Part shown: in pieces, positions 58,956 through 64,000 of the stretch
Layout: the number at the start of each line of letters is the position of its first letter
Position numbering within the stretch: position 1 is the first letter of the stretch
Assembly (NCBI GenBank): GCA_044376115.1
Contig: JBILLK010000037.1
Span: forward strand, 39,304-103,303
Reading direction: 5' to 3'
Length of the DNA: 64,000 bases
From: Polyangiaceae bacterium
GTDB lineage: Bacteria; Myxococcota_A; Polyangia; Polyangiales; Polyangiaceae
Program-made: the position numbers and the translations under genes
Notes under the pieces: generated by a model
The model's database searches: none
Told to the model about the DNA's origin: nothing
Seen by the model: the letters and a program-made list of their open reading frames with translations, nothing else

Positions 58956-60524
58956 TCAGTTCAGCGGAGGGACTTCGACGCGTCGGCGAGCATCGTCCTT
59001 CAGCCGATCGTCGACCTCCCAGACCTCGCGTTGCATCTCCAGGTGGGTCATGCGACAGCCGCGTCCCCAAGCGTCGCGTTCGGCGGGTGACGTCCTCATC
59101 GCGGCGGTCTCAAGGCTGTTCTGACGAGCCTGGGCGCAAATCGCCGCGCCCTTGTTCGCGCAGATGAAGTCGTCGAGCGCGACGCATGCCTTGGGCGGCG
59201 AAAGAGCCTTTGCGCTCGCGGTCGGGCGCGGCTGCGGCGCGGCGGTACTGCTTGCGCTGGCCGACGACGATGGGGAAGCGGTCGCGGTCTGGCCCACGTC
59301 CGGCTCCTCGTTCGGCTCCTCGTTCGGGCGTTCGGCTGCAGGGCGTGCGCTCAACGCGTCGTCTGCCGTCGGCGCGACGGAGACAGCCGACGCCTCGGTT
59401 GGCGCACCCGCCGGCGCCACGCTCGGGGGCGTAGCGGAAGCGACGTACGCCGCAGTGTCGAGAGCCGCCGGGGTGTCGCGCGAGCCCGCGACCGCGACCC
59501 CGATGCCAACGCCAACCAAGCCGATCAAGCTGCCGACGACGATTCGACCCAGGCCGTTCGCGGCGCGAGGCTTTTGCGCCTGCGGCGGCGGCGCGGTGCG
59601 ACCATCGGCTGGGCGCGTCGCGATCTCGGTGGTCACCCGTGGCGGCTCGTTCCCGCTGCGTGCGGCGGTCAGCTCCTCCATCAGCGCGCGGATCGAGGCA
59701 GGGCGCCGCGCGCTGCGAACGGCCAGGGCGCGCATCACGACGTCGCTTAACGAGGCGGGGACGTCGGCGACCTCGGCGAGCGGCTTTGCATCGAGCCGCT
59801 GATCGACGTCGGTGCCGTCCTCCCAGGGTGCGCGCCCGGCGATCATCACGTAGAGCAGCAGCGCCGCTTCGTAGACGTCGGTCGCGATTGACGCCCCTTG
59901 GCCGAAGAACCTCTCCGGCGCCATCGCTGCAGGGGTGCCCCGTACGATGCCGGTCTGCGTCGTGGTCGACGCGGGCGCCCGCGTGTCCTTGGCGATGCCG
60001 AGATCGATCAGGACGGGCCGCAGGTTGGACGCATCCGCGGGGCCAAGCTCATCCTCCACGCTGCGCTCTCTCCCGCGCTTTTCCGGCCCATGCGCGACCA
60101 GCATCACGTTCTCCGGCTTCACGTCGCGATGGAGCAAGCCCTCGTCATGCAGCGCCTGCAGGCCCTGCGCGATCGCGCCAAACAGCTTCATCGCCTCATC
60201 GAGTGGCAGCGGCCCGCGCGCCAAGCGCGCCGCGAGCGACTCCCCCTCGCACAGCTCCATCGCGATGAAAGGAGCGCCGTCGGGGAGCTCGCCGGCCGCG
60301 ACGACGCGCACCACCGCGGGGTGGTCCACCCGCGACAAGCGCTCGGCCTCGTCGAGGAAGCGCTTGTGCGACGAGCGGCCCTCGGCGTCGTCGGCGCTCG
60401 CAACGCCTACCTTGAGCGCCACCTTCGTCGACTCGTCGTCGCGCTGAGCCTCGTACACGACGCTGCTGCCGCCGCGACCGAGCTCGCGCAGCGCAACGTA
60501 CGGGCCGAGCCTCATCGAATCCAC
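58956..60524 (-). CDS. Hanks-type Ser/Thr protein kinase, transmembrane
   Basis: LGRGGSSVVY, VALKV, HRDVKPEN, DLGIAK, GTPAAMAPE; TM helix; C-terminal Cys-containing domain. Confidence 0.92.
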   Translation of the reverse strand: MDSMRLGPYVALRELGRGGSSVVYEAQRDDESTKVALKVGVASADDAEGRSSHKRFLDEAERLSRVDHPAVVRVVAAGELPDGAPFIAMELCEGESLAARLARGPLPLDEAMKLFGAIAQGLQALHDEGLLHRDVKPENVMLVAHGPEKRGRERSVEDELGPADASNLRPVLIDLGIAKDTRAPASTTTQTGIVRGTPAAMAPERFFGQGASIATDVYEAALLLYVMIAGRAPWEDGTDVDQRLDAKPLAEVADVPASLSDVVMRALAVRSARRPASIRALMEELTAARSGNEPPRVTTEIATRPADGRTAPPPQAQKPRAANGLGRIVVGSLIGLVGVGIGVAVAGSRDTPAALDTAAYVASATPPSVAPAGAPTEASAVSVAPTADDALSARPAAERPNEEPNEEPDVGQTATASPSSSASASSTAAPQPRPTASAKALSPPKACVALDDFICANKGAAICAQARQNSLETAAMRTSPAERDAWGRGCRMTHLEMQREVWEVDDRLKDDARRRVEVPPLN

Positions 60525-60587
60525 GCCGCCATCCTAATCGCTCCGCGGCCCTTTAAGTCTTTCGCGATCGATCCGCCTCTTCAGTTT

Positions 60588-60809
60588 ATGAGAGTGCTCG
60601 AGGTGTCTCGTATGGGCATGCAGCTGGCCGAACGGCAGCTCGACCAAGCGGCTTCGAACCTAGCGCGCGCTTCGGTCCCTGGCGCCGACGTCGACGTGGC
60701 CAAGGAGATCGTCTCGCTGCAAACGGCGAAGACCGCGAACGCCGCCAACGTCGCTGTGGCGCGCACCGCGTCCGAGGTGATGGGCACGCTCGTAGATATG
60801 ATGATCTGA
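60588..60809 (+). CDS. Flagellar basal-body rod N/C-terminal (D0-only) domain mini-protein
   Basis: 73 aa: GMQLAERQLDQAASNLARA then VDVAKEIVSLQTAKTANAANVAVARTASEVMGTLVDM. Confidence 0.75.
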   Translation: MRVLEVSRMGMQLAERQLDQAASNLARASVPGADVDVAKEIVSLQTAKTANAANVAVARTASEVMGTLVDMMI

Positions 60810-60889
60810 AGCCGTCGGCACGCACTCGGTTAGCGGATGTAAGGCGCTTGTAAGGGGGCGCCGGGCGCGCACAAGCGTACCGGAGAGCC

Positions 60890-61747
60890 ATGAAGTCGCT
60901 GCTCAATCCGGTCGTGGTCGCGCTCTCCCTCGGGCTCCTCGCGTGCAACAAGACAGAGTCGCTCGCTGACGAGGTGAAGAAGGTCTACGGCGGGCCTTTT
61001 CAAGCCTTGGCGGCTGGAGATAACAAGGACTGCAAGAGCCAGGTCGAGATCGCTGAGAAGCTGTTCGAGCTGGAAAAGACCGAGCGCGCCCGCGTGCGGA
61101 CCGCGATTGAGGGAATCAAGCAGGAGGGTGGTTTCCAAGGTGCGGTGCTCGAGCGCGTAAAGGGGCTCCACGACAGCCCTCTCGCGAAGAGCTACGCGGC
61201 TGCGTGCCCGGTCGAGGCGCGCGCGATTGGCGACCTCGCGCGAAAGACTGCGACCGCGATCGGGCTGGAGGAGGTGATCCCGCCGTGGCCCGAGGCGGGC
61301 GGGGCTGTACTGCTCGCGGCGCCGCGATCGTGCGTGCTTCCCTCGGGGGTGTGTTTCGAGTTCCGAGGGCGCGACTACGGGGGCGAACGCGCAAATGGGC
61401 GCTGCGACGCGATGTCGGGCCGCATGGTGGAGCAGGCATGCCCGCAGAACCCGCGCGCCAGTCGTTGCCAGATCGAGATGGGCAGCGAGCTGGAGCACGA
61501 GATCTTCGACCCGGAACCTCGACCCGACGTTGCCCAGGCGCGTTGCGAGAAACCGATCGACGGCAAGGTGTATGGCAAGTGGATCCCCGCGGCTGAAGCC
61601 GCGAACCTCCCGCCGAGCAGCTCAGCCGCGCCCGCTGTGCCCGGGCCCGCAGCTGCGGCGACGCTGCGCAGCACGGCCGTCGCACCGGCCGCTCCCAAGC
61701 CGGGCCCGCGTGCGCCGCGGCCCAACCCCCGCGAAGAGGCCTTTTGA
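60890..61747 (+). CDS. Hypothetical lipoprotein (helical domain plus Cys-rich domain)
   Basis: Lipobox LLAC; GGAG RBS. Confidence 0.75.
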   Translation: MKSLLNPVVVALSLGLLACNKTESLADEVKKVYGGPFQALAAGDNKDCKSQVEIAEKLFELEKTERARVRTAIEGIKQEGGFQGAVLERVKGLHDSPLAKSYAAACPVEARAIGDLARKTATAIGLEEVIPPWPEAGGAVLLAAPRSCVLPSGVCFEFRGRDYGGERANGRCDAMSGRMVEQACPQNPRASRCQIEMGSELEHEIFDPEPRPDVAQARCEKPIDGKVYGKWIPAAEAANLPPSSSAAPAVPGPAAAATLRSTAVAPAAPKPGPRAPRPNPREEAF

Positions 61748-61825
61748 GAACGGCGCACTAGAGCGCCTTCGCCCATACTCCTTGGCCGGAGGACGGTTGC
61801 GTCAGCGGTCAGCTAGACTGCCACC

Positions 61826-64000
61826 GTGGTGGCGCACGTCGAAGAGCCGGACGATGGTGAGGAGTTCGCTGCGTGGGCTGCCGAAGCGAGCCGAATCGCT
61901 GGGCTGCATCGCGTCGTAGCGATCGAAGGCGAGGTACGAAAGAACCAAGCCGCGCGCCTGGCTCGAGCGGTGGTGCCGGAACAGCCGCCGCTCGTGCTGG
62001 CGGTCCCGGGGGTCGATGAGGCTTACGTGATCGAGGAGGTCGCAGCGTTGATCGCGCGTGCGAGCGGCGCCGCGGTCGCGCCGCGAGAAGATGTTGCTGG
62101 TGTGGTCGACGGCGCTGCGGACGCGCTGCGCTCGATGAACGTACGGTCGCTCGTGCTCCTCGACGCCGATCCGTTTCTGCGGGCCGGCGGGGATGCTGTG
62201 CTCGGCCGATGGTCCGAAGGCAGCGACGCCACGGTGTTCGTGATCGCTGAGTCGGTGCCTGACTCGCTCGCGCCGTCGCTCGCTGTGCGGGCTACGCGTA
62301 CCGACCGCGCAACGATGGCCGAACTCGAGGAGGGTGAGGATCTGGACCTGCTGCTACAGCTCTCGTTGCTGCCGGTCCGGGTGCCGATGCGCGCGCTCGG
62401 CTGGATGACCGCACGCGATGGCGTCGGGCTCGGAAGGAGCTTGGAGGCGCTGCGCCAACGTGGCCTCGCGCGCTACTCGATCGCTGCGCTGGAGATCGTA
62501 GCCGAGGTGCCCGCGGCCGTGCGACGCGAGGTGCTCACGAGGCACCCGCCATCGGCGTCGCTGCGATCGACGTGGATGGGGCGCGTGGCAGACGGGCTCG
62601 CGGAGGGCGCGTGCAAGGGACCGAAGCGCCTGTCCGAGGCCGACTTCAGCGCGAGCCATCGAGCCCTCACGCGTCACCTCCTCGCGTGGGCGCGCTCGAC
62701 GATCCACCCGACACGCGCCTCGCTCGCGGTCGCGCTGCTCGACGCGTTGGCGCCGTTGGGGAGCTTACTGACTGCGCTCACGATCGCCGAGACGGCGCTC
62801 GAAGATGCGAACGAGCGCGACACCCGCCTTGCGCTCGAGATCCGACTCGCCCAGCTGGAACGAAGCATGGGCCGCCGCGGACGCGCGGTCGCGCGGATGG
62901 TCGCGGCCGTCGAGGATCTGGACGGGGTCTCGACCAGCGGCGTTGCAGAGGCTGCGCTTGCGTTGGCGCGCCTGTCGACCCCCGAGGCCGCAGAAATGTC
63001 TGCAACTCGGCGGCGTGCCAACGAACTCATCGAGGGGCTCGGTCGCGCCGACCCTGCCTGGGCTTTGCTCTCCGCGCGCGCGCGGATGCTGCGATGCTGG
63101 GCGGAAGGCGATGCGCACGAAGCGCTATCGGCCGGGATCGAGGCGCAGGCGCTCTCACGCACGGATGATGAGATCGCTCGCCTGGACTTGCTCGGGGAGA
63201 CGACGGCGAACGCAGTCGGGGCTGGCGCTGTAACGTTGGCGTGCGAGCTGGCGACGAGCTTCGAGGTCGAAGGGGCTCGTGCAAGTCGAGCGGACATCGT
63301 CGCGCGAGCGCGCGGCCTCCGAGGTTGCGCGCTGGTCGAAGCGGGTCAGCTCGTTGCGGCGATCGAAGATCTCAGCGCAGCCATCGAGCAGCTCGCGAGC
63401 TCAGGCTTCCGACAAAATGAACGCTGGCACCGCTTCCACCGCGGGCTCGCCCACGCCCTCCACGGCGACGTCGACCAAGCGCTGCTCGACTTCGATGACT
63501 TCGCGGGGCTCAGCCGCATGCTCGCCGCTCCGCACGAGCTCGGCGTCCTAGCCGCCGCCGCGGCCGGATCCGAGTCGGCTCGCCTCGCGCTTTCGAGTCT
63601 CCGCGGTCTCCACCCCTGCTTCCTGCCCATGGTCGGCTTCCTCGCGGGCGAGAGCGATCACGTACCGGAGCTCAGCTCCGTACCCGGCTTCTTCGCGCTC
63701 GAGGCGCGCCTTTTGGACCGGCTCGTGCGTGCCGGCGCAACGGGCGCAGGTCTGGGTCGGGAGCGGTCTCGGCTCGAGGAGTCGCGCACGCTCGTGATCG
63801 GGAAGGAGGAAACCTGGTTCGCCTACGAAGGTCGCGAGGTCTCGCTGAAGAAGATGCACACGCTGCGCAGGGTCTTCGGTGGCCTACTCGCCGCGCGCGC
63901 GAAGGGCGCGTCACTCGGCGTCGATGAGCTCTTCTCGGTGGGGTGGCCTGGGGAGCGCGTCGCCGCGTCGAGCGCGACGAACCGCGTTTACGTGACCATG
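61826..64000 (+). CDS. Partial (3' truncated by window) TPR-like protein with C-terminal winged-HTH
   Basis: Absent from the ORF track because no stop falls in the window. The GTG at 61826 and the last codon are in the same frame, which ends LGVDELFSVGWPGERVAASSATNRVYVTM, a myxobacterial-type wHTH motif. Confidence 0.75.
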   Translation, partial: MVAHVEEPDDGEEFAAWAAEASRIAGLHRVVAIEGEVRKNQAARLARAVVPEQPPLVLAVPGVDEAYVIEEVAALIARASGAAVAPREDVAGVVDGAADALRSMNVRSLVLLDADPFLRAGGDAVLGRWSEGSDATVFVIAESVPDSLAPSLAVRATRTDRATMAELEEGEDLDLLLQLSLLPVRVPMRALGWMTARDGVGLGRSLEALRQRGLARYSIAALEIVAEVPAAVRREVLTRHPPSASLRSTWMGRVADGLAEGACKGPKRLSEADFSASHRALTRHLLAWARSTIHPTRASLAVALLDALAPLGSLLTALTIAETALEDANERDTRLALEIRLAQLERSMGRRGRAVARMVAAVEDLDGVSTSGVAEAALALARLSTPEAAEMSATRRRANELIEGLGRADPAWALLSARARMLRCWAEGDAHEALSAGIEAQALSRTDDEIARLDLLGETTANAVGAGAVTLACELATSFEVEGARASRADIVARARGLRGCALVEAGQLVAAIEDLSAAIEQLASSGFRQNERWHRFHRGLAHALHGDVDQALLDFDDFAGLSRMLAAPHELGVLAAAAAGSESARLALSSLRGLHPCFLPMVGFLAGESDHVPELSSVPGFFALEARLLDRLVRAGATGAGLGRERSRLEESRTLVIGKEETWFAYEGREVSLKKMHTLRRVFGGLLAARAKGASLGVDELFSVGWPGERVAASSATNRVYVTM

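Overview
High-GC bacterial chromosomal window with a gene repertoire typical of myxobacteria (Myxococcota, probably Polyangiales-like; inferred from four Hanks-type Ser/Thr kinases, an FHA-sigma54 activator, a DUF1501 operon, MXAN_5187-like and MYXO-CTERM-like proteins and many lipoproteins). Housekeeping anchors are eno, tRNA-His(GTG) and groES-groEL with a CIRCE operator. No CRISPR array, integrase or transposase was seen. The most unusual region is 54.2-57.6 kb: three co-oriented Pol-beta-superfamily nucleotidyltransferase genes (a tandem RlaP/PF10127-like pair and a smaller NTase with an overlapping small partner) flank a ~640 bp non-coding interval. That interval holds a perfect 21-bp inverted repeat, short periodic repeats and a ~190 nt multi-stem candidate structured RNA. 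Other notable items: an orphan TssL plus truncated TssM pair, an SRPBCC domain fused to a histone H1-like tail, an orphan flagellar-rod D0-only mini-protein, two sigma54 promoters and a pervasive leaderless-mRNA signature. All family assignments come from motif recognition by eye; no database searches were run.
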